From positions 64,001 through 128,000 of the forward strand of contig CAWISW010000002.1 in assembly GCA_963838925.1 (NCBI GenBank): a stretch of 64,000 nucleotides of DNA. The letters run 5' to 3'. Below the pieces are notes generated by a model that had not been told where the DNA came from, did not search any database, and saw only the letters and a list, made by a program, of their open reading frames with translations. This document shows positions 55,622-64,000 of the stretch, in pieces (the stretch's first letter is position 1; each line of letters begins with the position of its first letter). This stretch comes from an uncultured Nitrososphaerota archaeon (GTDB lineage: Archaea; Thermoproteota; Nitrososphaeria; Nitrososphaerales; Gagatemarchaeaceae). Both the position numbers and the translations under genes were made by a program.

Positions 55622-56118
55622 CTCTTGAGGCCACCCTCCCTCATCTTCCCGACGTACTGGGTCGTCTTGTAGACCGCGACCCCGGTCGTCGCGATGAGGA
55701 CGGCCTCGGCAAGGGCGAAGGGGACGTTGAGCCCCGCCGCAGCAGAGTGTATGACCATCAACGAGATCGCGCTCAACGACAGAGTCCCGTGGAAGTAGAG
55801 CGAATCCCTGAACCTCTCAAGGAAGGCCGTCCCTGTGAGCCACACCACGAGCGCTAGGGTCGCTGAGACGTATCCCAGGAGGATCTCGACGTTGAGAGGC
55901 CATGTGATGAAGTATGCGACGTGCAGCACCAGGAATAGCCCTCCCAGGGCTGCGACCGTGATGTGGGCCCGCCTCATGAGCTCCAGGTTCTTGAAGCGCT
56001 TCAGAATCCGCCGCCGGAACAGCATCAGGACGGCCGTCGCCGATATGAGCGCGAGGGCTAGGAGGCCGAAGACGTCGCCCAGCAACAGTCCAGACCCGCT
56101 TGCGCTCAACTTTCTCAC
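55618..56118 (-). CDS. Membrane protein with four His in TM helices (di-heme b/ferric-reductase-like)
   Basis: RRAH...LVLH and YFH...VIH pairs in hydrophobic helices. Stop overlaps the Rieske-fusion ATG; start is uncertain (track 56238). Confidence 0.6.
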   Translation of the reverse strand: MRKLSASGSGLLLGDVFGLLALALISATAVLMLFRRRILKRFKNLELMRRAHITVAALGGLFLVLHVAYFITWPLNVEILLGYVSATLALVVWLTGTAFLERFRDSLYFHGTLSLSAISLMVIHSAAAGLNVPFALAEAVLIATTGVAVYKTTQYVGKMREGGLKR

Positions 56119-56374
56119 CAGTGGCGTCCACCCGATTCGCGCCGCCGCTAGGTGACTCGTGGTCGCGTTGAGTTCGTAGTTGCCATGACCTCGATGTCCG
56201 GATTCTTCCTCCGTCGTTAATAATGGGTTGTGGTGCAAACCTCGATACTGGAGCGCGCCTACGGCGACGCGATGCCGCGTCGGAGTAAACCAAACTTTAC
56301 CACAGCATCAAACCTTGTTGTCTGGGCTCGGTATCACCGCATCACGGCGTATCATTGCCGAGAGATTCACCGAC

Positions 56375-57022
56375 ATGAGCAAATTCGAGAAGAACTGGAA
56401 GCCGGCAGCGTCATCCGGAAGCTTCGGACAGAAGACCAAGGAGACCATCAGAGGCCCACAGCCCCTGAAGCCGCAGATACAGAAGGCCACCGGCCAACTC
56501 AACCAAGAGATTCACCGCCTAGACGGCGCGCTGAACCGCATGAAGCAGAGGGAGACGGCAATCTTCAAGAAGACCGTGAACGCCGTCCAGCAGCACGACG
56601 AGGCGACGAGCAAGGCGTACTCGAACGAGCTCGCCGAGGTCAAGAAGATGACCAAGATCGTCACCCAGTCCAAGATAGCTCTAGAGCAGATCACGATGCG
56701 CCTGCAGACGGTCACCGAGTTCGGCGACTTCACAGCAGTCCTCGCGCCGGCGATTGGCGTCATCAAGAACGTGCGCGCGAACCTCGCGACGGCGTTGCCA
56801 GACGCTCAGGGCGCTCTCGGCGACATCGGGACCGAGCTGAGCACGATGATGAGCGACGTCGGCGGGCTCACAGGCTCGAGCTTCTTCATGGGAAGCGAGA
56901 CGAGCGAGGAAGGAGAGAAGATCATGGCGGAGGCCGCGGCCATCGCAGAGAAGCGCATGGGCGAGACCTTCCCAGAGGTCCCCTCCGCGGCGGACGAGTC
57001 CGTCTTCAGCAGTGGAAGCTAG
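56375..57022 (+). CDS. cdvB: CdvB/ESCRT-III (Snf7-domain) paralog
   Basis: Q..RLD....RMKQRE..IF.K.V.A...HD......YSNELAEVKK, ALEQI..RL.TV.E.GD, EE.EKI..EA...AE. Confidence 0.85.
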   Translation: MSKFEKNWKPAASSGSFGQKTKETIRGPQPLKPQIQKATGQLNQEIHRLDGALNRMKQRETAIFKKTVNAVQQHDEATSKAYSNELAEVKKMTKIVTQSKIALEQITMRLQTVTEFGDFTAVLAPAIGVIKNVRANLATALPDAQGALGDIGTELSTMMSDVGGLTGSSFFMGSETSEEGEKIMAEAAAIAEKRMGETFPEVPSAADESVFSSGS

Positions 57023-57117
57023 CTGCAGTTAGTAGAGCAAGCTAGAAGTGGGTCATCCGGCCGCTTTCTTAGGCGGCCGGGTGGCGCCTTCATCCTTTTC
57101 TGAAGCTGGTGTCCGAG

Positions 57118-57555
57118 TCAGCTTCTACCTGTCGAAGACTGCTTCTTGGCCAGGGCGCTTACACTCCTCTCGATCTGGTCCCGGACGAACCTGATCACCT
57201 CGATGGGTTGCCCCTGCGGGTCTGGGATGCTCCAAACTATGGCTTTCTTCCGAATCTTCTTGCGGAAGTTTCCAGGGAGTGAGTTCTCAAGCGAGCCGTC
57301 TGTAAGGACAACCAGATCCGCGTCATCTATCATCTCTCCGGTGAGTTCCTTTGGGGCGCCCCTGGATATGTCCACCCCGACCTCGCGCATGGCCTCAATT
57401 ACAAGCGGGTTCACGTGAGTCGAAGGCACTGTCCCAGCGCTCGAAGCGGTCAATCCGAACTCTCTTGCGAATCCTTCTGCCATCTGGCTTCGGCTGGAGT
57501 TCTCGATGCACACGAACAGCACGGAATCAGGGGTTCTACCCCTTCTGTCGGACAA
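57118..57555 (-). CDS. Low-molecular-weight phosphatase / arsenate reductase family protein
   Basis: VLFVCIENSSRSQMAE P-loop, SAG, W.IPDP. Confidence 0.85.
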   Translation of the reverse strand: MSDRRGRTPDSVLFVCIENSSRSQMAEGFAREFGLTASSAGTVPSTHVNPLVIEAMREVGVDISRGAPKELTGEMIDDADLVVLTDGSLENSLPGNFRKKIRKKAIVWSIPDPQGQPIEVIRFVRDQIERSVSALAKKQSSTGRS

Positions 57556-57643
57556 TGCCAGGCCTCGAGCGATTGTCGGAGGACGGATTATTATTGACTG
57601 ACTCGGGGCGCACCTCTCCCTGACTGGTTGAAGCCCCAACCGG

Positions 57644-58345
57644 TCAGCTCGACGACCCTGCTCCCCAGAGCAGCTCGAGGAACTGCATGAAGTGGCTCGC
57701 GACGGCGCTGCTCTCCACCCATCCCGCCGCCGAGAGGTCCGGGAGACCTATCAGCGCTGTGCCGTCGTCAACCAACAAGTCGAACGCGACGATGCTACCC
57801 GTCCTCGCCTCCACATTGGCAGGAAGCCCCCCGAGCTCTTTCTCGTCGGTCATGACGCGGATCTTGACGCCCCGCGAAGCTGCCTTGCGTATCTCCTCTA
57901 ACAGCGTGCCCGACCCTTGGAGCGTCTCTGCGGGAGTCACGAGCATCATGCTTGACCGCGCGCCTCTGATCATCTCCACGAGCTTCGAGAGGACCCTCTC
58001 CTTCCCGCGGAGGGTGTATACCAGCTCCGCTTGGTCGGAGGGGGTTGCCTTGTACATGGCCTCAAGCGACGCGAACGTCTCCTTGAGCCTGGCCTGTATA
58101 TCGCCCAGGACCGTAGCCGGTTCCCTCGCCCTGTAGACCGCTGGCCTCCTGGTCACGAGCTCCACCCAGCCCAGGTCTCCGAGCCGCCTGAGCGCCTCGT
58201 AGGCGCTGGGGTAGGGCATGGAGGCCTTTGCCGCGACCTTCCTCGGGTCGCTAGGCCCCAGCTTCACGAGGAAGACGTAGCACCTGGCCTCGTAGCTTGT
58301 AAGCCCAAACTTCCTCAGCTCCCTCGACAGCTCGTCTTCTTGCAC
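57644..58345 (-). CDS. TrmB-family transcriptional regulator
   Basis: GLTSYEARCY..L, P..AYEAL..L...G.V, RP..YRA, and a C-terminal effector domain. Confidence 0.88.
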   Translation of the reverse strand: MQEDELSRELRKFGLTSYEARCYVFLVKLGPSDPRKVAAKASMPYPSAYEALRRLGDLGWVELVTRRPAVYRAREPATVLGDIQARLKETFASLEAMYKATPSDQAELVYTLRGKERVLSKLVEMIRGARSSMMLVTPAETLQGSGTLLEEIRKAASRGVKIRVMTDEKELGGLPANVEARTGSIVAFDLLVDDGTALIGLPDLSAAGWVESSAVASHFMQFLELLWGAGSSS

Positions 58346-58427
58346 TAGGATTCCCTCTGATTGCTGCGAGAAGCACTTATATAGGTATTAGTAGCGTTCG
58401 CAACTAACTAATCCTTGGTGCAAATGT

Positions 58428-59900
58428 TTGGCAAAATACGACTATGATGTGATAATCGCGGGCGGCGGCATGTCCGGTCTCCTCACGGCATCCGCGATAG
58501 GCTTCTTCTCAAAGCAAAAGGCTCGGGTCCTCGTCGTGGACAGGAACACAGCAGACGAACCCGGAAAGAAGACCAACGCAGGCTGGATCTGTGGCGACGC
58601 GGCTAGCAAGAAGAGCATCGGCTTCATCGAGAAGAACATCGGGATCAAGTACGGTACGCCAGAGCTCGAGCACCCGGTGAAGGGGATCTATGTCTACTCC
58701 CCCGACCACCAGACCAAGGTCCTATTCGAGGGCGAAGGCTACATACTCAACCGGAAGCTCATGCCCAAGCGCCAGGTCAAGGACGCGAAGGGCTTCGGGG
58801 TCGAGTTCAAGTTCGGGACCACCGCGGAGAAGCTCATCGCCGAGGACGGCTACATCAGAGGGTTGGCGGGCCGCGAGTCGGATGGCAAGCCCTTCAAGGC
58901 GAGCGCGCAGATGGTCATCGACGCCTCTGGCTCCTCCTCGGTCCTGAGAAAGTTCAACCCAATCGACAGCTTCATCGAAAGGGAGATCGACATCGAGGAC
59001 ATGGAAGCGACAGGCCGCTATCTCATGGAGTTCGACCAGGGGGTCAAGGACGAGACCTACTTCACGCCGGACTATTGCCTCATACACCTTGACCAGGTCA
59101 TCGCCCCCGCCGGCTACGCCTGGGTCTTCCCCAAGGGCAAGAATAAGGTCAACATCGGGCTGGGAGTCTCGAAGCCCGGTCTCGACAGGAGGAACAAGAA
59201 GCTGGGGAAGAACGACACGCTCTCAACACTCATTGACCAGTACGTCAAGGACAACCCCTGCATCAAGAACGGCAGGCTCTCGACCAACCCCGACGACAAG
59301 GGGAACGAGAAGGGCAACTGGCAGGTGCCTGTCCGAAGGCAGAACGACTGCATGGTGGCGAACGGGTTTGCAGTCATCGGCGACGCTGCGTGGCTGCCCA
59401 GGCCTCTCGACGCGGGAGGGATGGGGCCCGCGATGTACGCCGCGATGATCCTGGGCAAGGTGGCGGCTCACGCAATCGAGGCGAACGACGTCTCCCAGGA
59501 AGGGCTCTGGCAATACAACTCCGAATACATGGCCACCCACGGCTACCAGATGGCCTCCTTCGAGGTGCTAAGGCGCTACCTCCAGACCGTAACCAACGAG
59601 CAGATCAACTTCGGGATGAAACACTTCCTCACCCAAGAGGACATCGACGCCATCACTGAGAGGCGTCACCCCAGATTCAACGCGATCAGCAAGCTGAACC
59701 CAATGCTCCTCATGAGGGTCGCGAGCCAGATGGAGCTAGCGAAGGGGCTGCGCTACACCGCGGACAAGAGCGAGGCGCTCGTCCAGCACAACCTGAAGTA
59801 TCCCGCCACCCCGAAGGGCTTCCCAGAGTGGAGGAAGCAGCTCCTCGTCGAGATCGACGACACCAAGAAGCGCTTCAACCTCTCCGGGGCGGCAGCGTAA
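58428..59900 (+). CDS. Digeranylgeranylglycerophospholipid reductase (GGR family)
   Basis: DVIIAGGG.SG, CGDA, IDASG, PAGYAWVFPKG, NIGLG, GDAA....P..AGG. Confidence 0.88.
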   Translation: MAKYDYDVIIAGGGMSGLLTASAIGFFSKQKARVLVVDRNTADEPGKKTNAGWICGDAASKKSIGFIEKNIGIKYGTPELEHPVKGIYVYSPDHQTKVLFEGEGYILNRKLMPKRQVKDAKGFGVEFKFGTTAEKLIAEDGYIRGLAGRESDGKPFKASAQMVIDASGSSSVLRKFNPIDSFIEREIDIEDMEATGRYLMEFDQGVKDETYFTPDYCLIHLDQVIAPAGYAWVFPKGKNKVNIGLGVSKPGLDRRNKKLGKNDTLSTLIDQYVKDNPCIKNGRLSTNPDDKGNEKGNWQVPVRRQNDCMVANGFAVIGDAAWLPRPLDAGGMGPAMYAAMILGKVAAHAIEANDVSQEGLWQYNSEYMATHGYQMASFEVLRRYLQTVTNEQINFGMKHFLTQEDIDAITERRHPRFNAISKLNPMLLMRVASQMELAKGLRYTADKSEALVQHNLKYPATPKGFPEWRKQLLVEIDDTKKRFNLSGAAA

Positions 59901-59919
59901 TAAGTCCGGCCGGGAAGCG

Positions 59920-61590
59920 GTGGCGAGACCAAAGATGGTCACGAAATCGCTCGACGACGAGATAATCCTCCTCTGGAAGGAGCTGAGCCCGTCCGGGGCC
60001 TACACCTGCGGCTTCGAGGAGTACGCAGGGAAGCTCTTCATCCCGAGCGAGGAGAACATCCGGCGCGCCCTCGAGCGGGTGAGGTCCCTAAGGAGGAGGG
60101 CCGAGAACGACCTTCAAGCCAGGCTGCTCGACAGCTTGGAAGTCTCGCTCTCGTTCGACGAGCCCCAGCCCGTCCTCGACGACATCGTGGGAAGCATCTT
60201 CAACCACCTCACGAAGGAGGGCGTGAACGAGAAGCACCTCGCGTCCCTGGTTTCGGACTCCATCAAGGCGATAGACGTGACCCAGAAGAGGTTCAGCAAG
60301 CGCAGCGTCCCGGCCGCCGTGAAGGCGCTGACTCTGTACAGGCTGGACGGGGTGATCGAGATCGTAGACGCCATATCCGGACAGATCAAGGGCAAGGAGC
60401 TGAAGAAGGACTGCGAGAGGCTCAAGGACAAGGCCAAGAAGTTCGTCTCCCTCTTCGCGCTACCAGGGTTCGGCAAGGGCACGTTCGAGGAGGTGGAAAA
60501 CGTCTTCAAGAGGACGAAGTTCGAGCTGGGGCGAGAGCGGTTCTACCGCGTCGCCCTCGAGAACGGCATGGACTACGGCGAGACGCCCGACGAGCTCGAG
60601 AAGAAGGCGATAGCGTGGCTCGACGAGGAGCTCCCGCGCTATAGGAACGTCACGAAGAGGCTCGCCAAGGAGTACAAGTGCGAGGCCACCCCCGAAGCGG
60701 TCGAGAAGCACCTTGTGGACAGGGCGAGGCTCAAGCCGAAGGACCTGCTGAGGGTCACCAACGCGATGAGGAAGGTCATCCAGGATTTCGTCGACGAGGA
60801 CGTAGTCAGGATAAACAAGAAGTACAAGACGAAGGTGATCGAGACCCCGGCCTTCCTCTCCGGCATGCTCCCCACGGGGGCCGCCTCCTTCTTCGACACG
60901 TTCACGAAGAAGCCCTTCCAGCTCTACTTCCTCACGACCGACCCCAAGAGGGACCCGGCGAAGTCTGTCTCCCAGCTCATGGACCTCCTGGTTCACGAGG
61001 AGTACGGGCACTGCGTCAACCACTCCAACAGCGTGCTCCACTTCGGAGGCCGCCCTAGCAAGCTCGAGCTCATCCCCACCCTGCTCCAGGGGCCCATCAC
61101 CGAGGGGCTCTCCTTCAACCGGGAGCGGGAGTTCCTCGAGGCCTCGCTGAAGCTCGAGGGCAAGGGGACGCTCACGAGGGCTGAGAAGGCCTACGTAAAG
61201 CAGCTCGAGAAGTACGGCGGGCTCCGCCTGATCAACGCCGAGCTGGAGTTCCAGACGCGCAAGTGGAGGCTCATCAGGTTCCTGCGCGTGATAGGCGACG
61301 TCCGAGTCAACACGGGAAGGCAGACCCTCTTCGAGTTCATCGACTGGGCCCACGCTCGGACGGGCGTCCCTAGGAGCAACGTCTACTACCAGCTCTTCCC
61401 CGCGCACGAGGGGATGTTCCCCGGCTACGCTACCGCCTACGCGGTCGTCGGAGAGGAGATCCACGCTATCGAGGACACGATAATGGACGACAAGGCGAGG
61501 GTGAAGTTCTCGACCTACCTCACGGGAGTGGGCTTCCCACCGCGCAGCATCTACAGGAAGATGCTTGAAGACTTCGCGGCAGGCCTGTAG
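59920..61590 (+). CDS. DUF885-like zincin metallopeptidase-fold protein
   Basis: LVHEEYGH...H, TEG...E, R..RVI.D...N, PGYATAY..G. Confidence 0.6.
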   Translation: MARPKMVTKSLDDEIILLWKELSPSGAYTCGFEEYAGKLFIPSEENIRRALERVRSLRRRAENDLQARLLDSLEVSLSFDEPQPVLDDIVGSIFNHLTKEGVNEKHLASLVSDSIKAIDVTQKRFSKRSVPAAVKALTLYRLDGVIEIVDAISGQIKGKELKKDCERLKDKAKKFVSLFALPGFGKGTFEEVENVFKRTKFELGRERFYRVALENGMDYGETPDELEKKAIAWLDEELPRYRNVTKRLAKEYKCEATPEAVEKHLVDRARLKPKDLLRVTNAMRKVIQDFVDEDVVRINKKYKTKVIETPAFLSGMLPTGAASFFDTFTKKPFQLYFLTTDPKRDPAKSVSQLMDLLVHEEYGHCVNHSNSVLHFGGRPSKLELIPTLLQGPITEGLSFNREREFLEASLKLEGKGTLTRAEKAYVKQLEKYGGLRLINAELEFQTRKWRLIRFLRVIGDVRVNTGRQTLFEFIDWAHARTGVPRSNVYYQLFPAHEGMFPGYATAYAVVGEEIHAIEDTIMDDKARVKFSTYLTGVGFPPRSIYRKMLEDFAAGL

Positions 61591-61707
61591 GCAGAGGAAC
61601 CGTCCAAACGCGTCCGAAAGTCGGCCTCGGGTCGACAATTGTCGGGACTCGTCTCGGAAGATTGAAATATCATCCGGGAAACGCGGCCAACAGAAGGCAG
61701 CGCGAGC

Positions 61708-62892
61708 GTGCCCAAACAGATCACGACTTTCGAGGATTTCATCCGGCACATCCTCAAGCTGGTGTTCTGGGTCGTCCTGCTGACGCCCTTGGTCATTCTT
61801 CCAATCTATCTCTTCTTCTACACTCTCTTGGGGCGAAGCTTCGTCAACGTCTTCACGCTCTCGACGAACCCCAGCCAGCTGACGGCCCTCATGACGCAGC
61901 TGATGACCACCGAGCCCACAAAGACGCTCTTCCAGCTCACGACCTTCCCCGGCTTCACGTTTGCAGCCGTCTTTTCGACCGTTTTCATGGTGTGGGTCGA
62001 GCGAAAGTTCATCGCAAAGGTCCAGCTGAGGGTCGGCCCCCAGTACGCTGGGAGATTCGAAGGAATACTGCAGAACTTCGCGGACCTCTTCAAGCTCCTC
62101 TTCAAGGAGATCATCGTTCCGGACGGGGTGGACAAGACCATCTTCCTTTCCATCCCCCTCGCCCTGATGTTCATCTCGGGATCGCTCCTGGCGCTCGTGC
62201 CGTTGGGACCGACGACCTATATCGCAGACCCCTCCATCGGAGCGATCTTCGTCTTCGCGATAGTGAGCTTCACGCCGCTCGTCGTCATGCTCGCCGGATG
62301 GTCGAGCAACAACAAGTACTCGCTCCTCGGGTCCTTGCGGGCGCTCCACCAGATGGTGGCATACGAGATCCCGATGATACTCTCGGTGGTCGGGGTCGTC
62401 GTGCTCTCAGGGTCACTCGACCTGGTCAAGATAGTGTATGCCCAGAGCAGCGTCTGGTTCATCCTTTTCCAGCCGCTGGGGGCTATGGTCTTCTTCATCT
62501 GCGTCCTCGCCGAGCTCGAAAGAATCCCGTTCGACCTCCCCGAGGCCGACTCGGAGCTCGTCGCCGGTTGGCAGACCGAGTATGGCGGCATGAACTTCGG
62601 AGTCTTCCAGCTCGCGACCTACATCAAGTTCTACGCACTGTCTGGCATCTTCGCGACCTTCTTCTTGGGGGGTTGGTACGGGCCGGGGTTCCTCCCGCCT
62701 GTGGGCTGGTTCCTCATCAAGACGTTCGTCGTGATGCTGGCGATGATGCTCCCCAGGGCGATCCTTCCCCGCGTGAGGATCGACGTCCTCTTGAGGGGAG
62801 GATGGACCAAGCTCATGTTCCTCTCCTTCCTCAACCTCTTCATCGCGCTCCTCGTGCTCTCCCTCGGCCTCTATCACATCGGAGGCATCTGA
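61708..62892 (+). CDS. nuoH: Complex I subunit H
   Basis: ERKFIAK.Q.RVGP, GILQ..AD..KL..KE, GWSSNNKYSLLG.LR, AELERIPFDLPEA.SELVAG..TEY.G, LPR.R.D. Confidence 0.95.
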   Translation: MPKQITTFEDFIRHILKLVFWVVLLTPLVILPIYLFFYTLLGRSFVNVFTLSTNPSQLTALMTQLMTTEPTKTLFQLTTFPGFTFAAVFSTVFMVWVERKFIAKVQLRVGPQYAGRFEGILQNFADLFKLLFKEIIVPDGVDKTIFLSIPLALMFISGSLLALVPLGPTTYIADPSIGAIFVFAIVSFTPLVVMLAGWSSNNKYSLLGSLRALHQMVAYEIPMILSVVGVVVLSGSLDLVKIVYAQSSVWFILFQPLGAMVFFICVLAELERIPFDLPEADSELVAGWQTEYGGMNFGVFQLATYIKFYALSGIFATFFLGGWYGPGFLPPVGWFLIKTFVVMLAMMLPRAILPRVRIDVLLRGGWTKLMFLSFLNLFIALLVLSLGLYHIGGI

Positions 62893-62896
62893 GCGC

Positions 62897-64000
62897 ATGG
62901 GCACTCTTTCGGAGATCAAGGGCGCCTGGATCGCAACGTGGTCGGGCATACGGCACGCCTTCAGGCCCAGGATGACCCTCCGTTACCCCGACCAGAAGCT
63001 CGACCTCCAGGGCCCTGGGTATCACTTCGACGCCAAGAACGGCGTTGGCCTCCACGGGTTCAAGGGGAGGCACGTGCTGCGCGAGGAAAAGTGCACGGGC
63101 TGCCAGCTGTGCGCGATAGCCTGCGACGGGGTCGCGGTAGCCATCGAGATGCAGACGATGGTGAGGAACCGCCCCCAGAACAAGAAGAACTACTGGCCCG
63201 CGGTTGACTACGGAAGATGTGTTTTTTGTGGGTTGTGCATAGACCCAGATACTCTTGTGGTGACAAACCCGAGCCTAAAGCGGATGAGCGCCATTTCCGT
63301 GGGAGACCTGGTCCTGACACACACGGGCGCGTACAAGCCAGTCACTAAGGTGTGGGATATGAGGTACACGGGAACCCTCTATCGGATACACGTCTACGGG
63401 AAGCCCGAACCGCTAGTGTGCACCGCTGACCACCCAATAATCGCGGTCTCTCGTCCAAAGTCCAACAGGAAGGACGGGAGGCTTTTGAGGACAACACGGC
63501 CTCTCAAATTCTTCAAACCTGGTGAGTTGAAGCCTGGGGACTATCTTGTGAGCCCCATAGTGAAAAAGGAAGTTCCAGCGACCACTTACGAGAAGGAAGT
63601 TTCGATGTATAAGTTCGGTCTGGTGAAGAGGAAACTTGTTCTTGATGCTTCGCCCGACCTCTTCAGGCTAATCGGCCTCTATCTCGCCGAGGGGTCGTGC
63701 GATGGCGGCAGGCGAGTCAATTTCGATTTCAACCTGAACGAGACCGACACTTTGGTTGCGGATTGCAACGACCTGCTACAGAAGTTCTTCGAAAAACGCG
63801 GCGTCCTAAAGAAGAACGGCAAGAACGGAATCAGGCTGTGCCTAAGCTCCGCAATAGCTGAGGACTTCTTCTCCCAGTTCGGGAAAGGCGCGCCAAACAA
63901 ACGGCTTCCGGATTGGGTCTTCTTCGCAGAGCACGAGAAAATCCTCCAAGTCATGAAAGGAGAGTGGCAAGGGGACGGGTGCAGAATCAAGCAACCTCGT
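62897..64000 (+). CDS. nuoI: Complex I subunit I precursor containing an intein (runs off the window end)
   Basis: ATG 62897. Reads TLRYP, FKGRH, CTGCQLCAIAC, DYGRCVFCGL, then continues in frame into the intein. Not in the ORF track because there is no stop in the window. Confidence 0.92.
   Translation, partial: MGTLSEIKGAWIATWSGIRHAFRPRMTLRYPDQKLDLQGPGYHFDAKNGVGLHGFKGRHVLREEKCTGCQLCAIACDGVAVAIEMQTMVRNRPQNKKNYWPAVDYGRCVFCGLCIDPDTLVVTNPSLKRMSAISVGDLVLTHTGAYKPVTKVWDMRYTGTLYRIHVYGKPEPLVCTADHPIIAVSRPKSNRKDGRLLRTTRPLKFFKPGELKPGDYLVSPIVKKEVPATTYEKEVSMYKFGLVKRKLVLDASPDLFRLIGLYLAEGSCDGGRRVNFDFNLNETDTLVADCNDLLQKFFEKRGVLKKNGKNGIRLCLSSAIAEDFFSQFGKGAPNKRLPDWVFFAEHEKILQVMKGEWQGDGCRIKQPR
63236..64000 (+). 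mobile_element. Intein with a LAGLIDADG homing endonuclease, in NuoI (partial)
   Basis: Block A CIDPDTLV, then VGDLVLTH.G...V, block B CTADHPI, and LAGLIDADG motifs LIGLYLAEG and MKGEWQGDG. Confidence 0.92.

Noticed and set aside
60460-62349. 629-aa minus-strand ORF and similar long overlapping ORFs (e.g. 30723..31904, 31967..33142, 50448..51455, 54549..55634)
   Set aside because: These are antisense or alternate-frame shadows of well-supported genes in high-GC DNA, with no recognisable motifs.
1-64000. CRISPR array, cas genes, rRNA, IS elements
   Set aside because: No regularly spaced direct repeats, rRNA-like tracts or transposase ORFs were seen.

Overview
A GC-rich archaeal chromosomal segment. 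Archaeal markers are TATA-type promoters, a CdvB/ESCRT-III paralog, geranylgeranyl reductases, TrmB and Bat-type regulators, and several cupredoxins. A non-ammonia-oxidising Nitrososphaerota-like host is my inference from gene content only. From left to right the window holds: (1) a cupredoxin/ZIP-transporter block and mixed accessory genes; (2) an arginine deiminase + YlbE/YlbF/FdrA (AllFGH-like) + carbamate kinase cluster around a BMP-family ABC importer, with no ornithine carbamoyltransferase; (3) an ABC-2 exporter with V4R and HTH-10 regulators sharing repeated operator-like motifs; (4) tRNA-Arg(CCT); (5) nuoABCD followed by a free-standing LAGLIDADG endonuclease; (6) a CO2-fixation-like cluster with ribose-1,5-bisphosphate isomerase, PRPP synthase, a catalytically complete form III-type RuBisCO, an unannotated 58-aa Cys-rich ORF, an HldE-like PfkB kinase, split transketolase, Rpe and transaldolase, but no phosphoribulokinase or AMP phosphorylase. 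LutC/LutB-GlcF and a glyoxylate-type aminotransferase follow; (7) a frameshifted DnaK paralog, a Rieske/cytochrome-b-like module, and cdvB, arsC, trmB and GGR; (8) nuoH and nuoI, with a LAGLIDADG intein inserted inside the second 4Fe-4S motif of NuoI. The best candidate for an undescribed system is a PRK-independent Calvin-type cycle with possible glycolate salvage. All calls rest on motifs read by eye; no database search was run.
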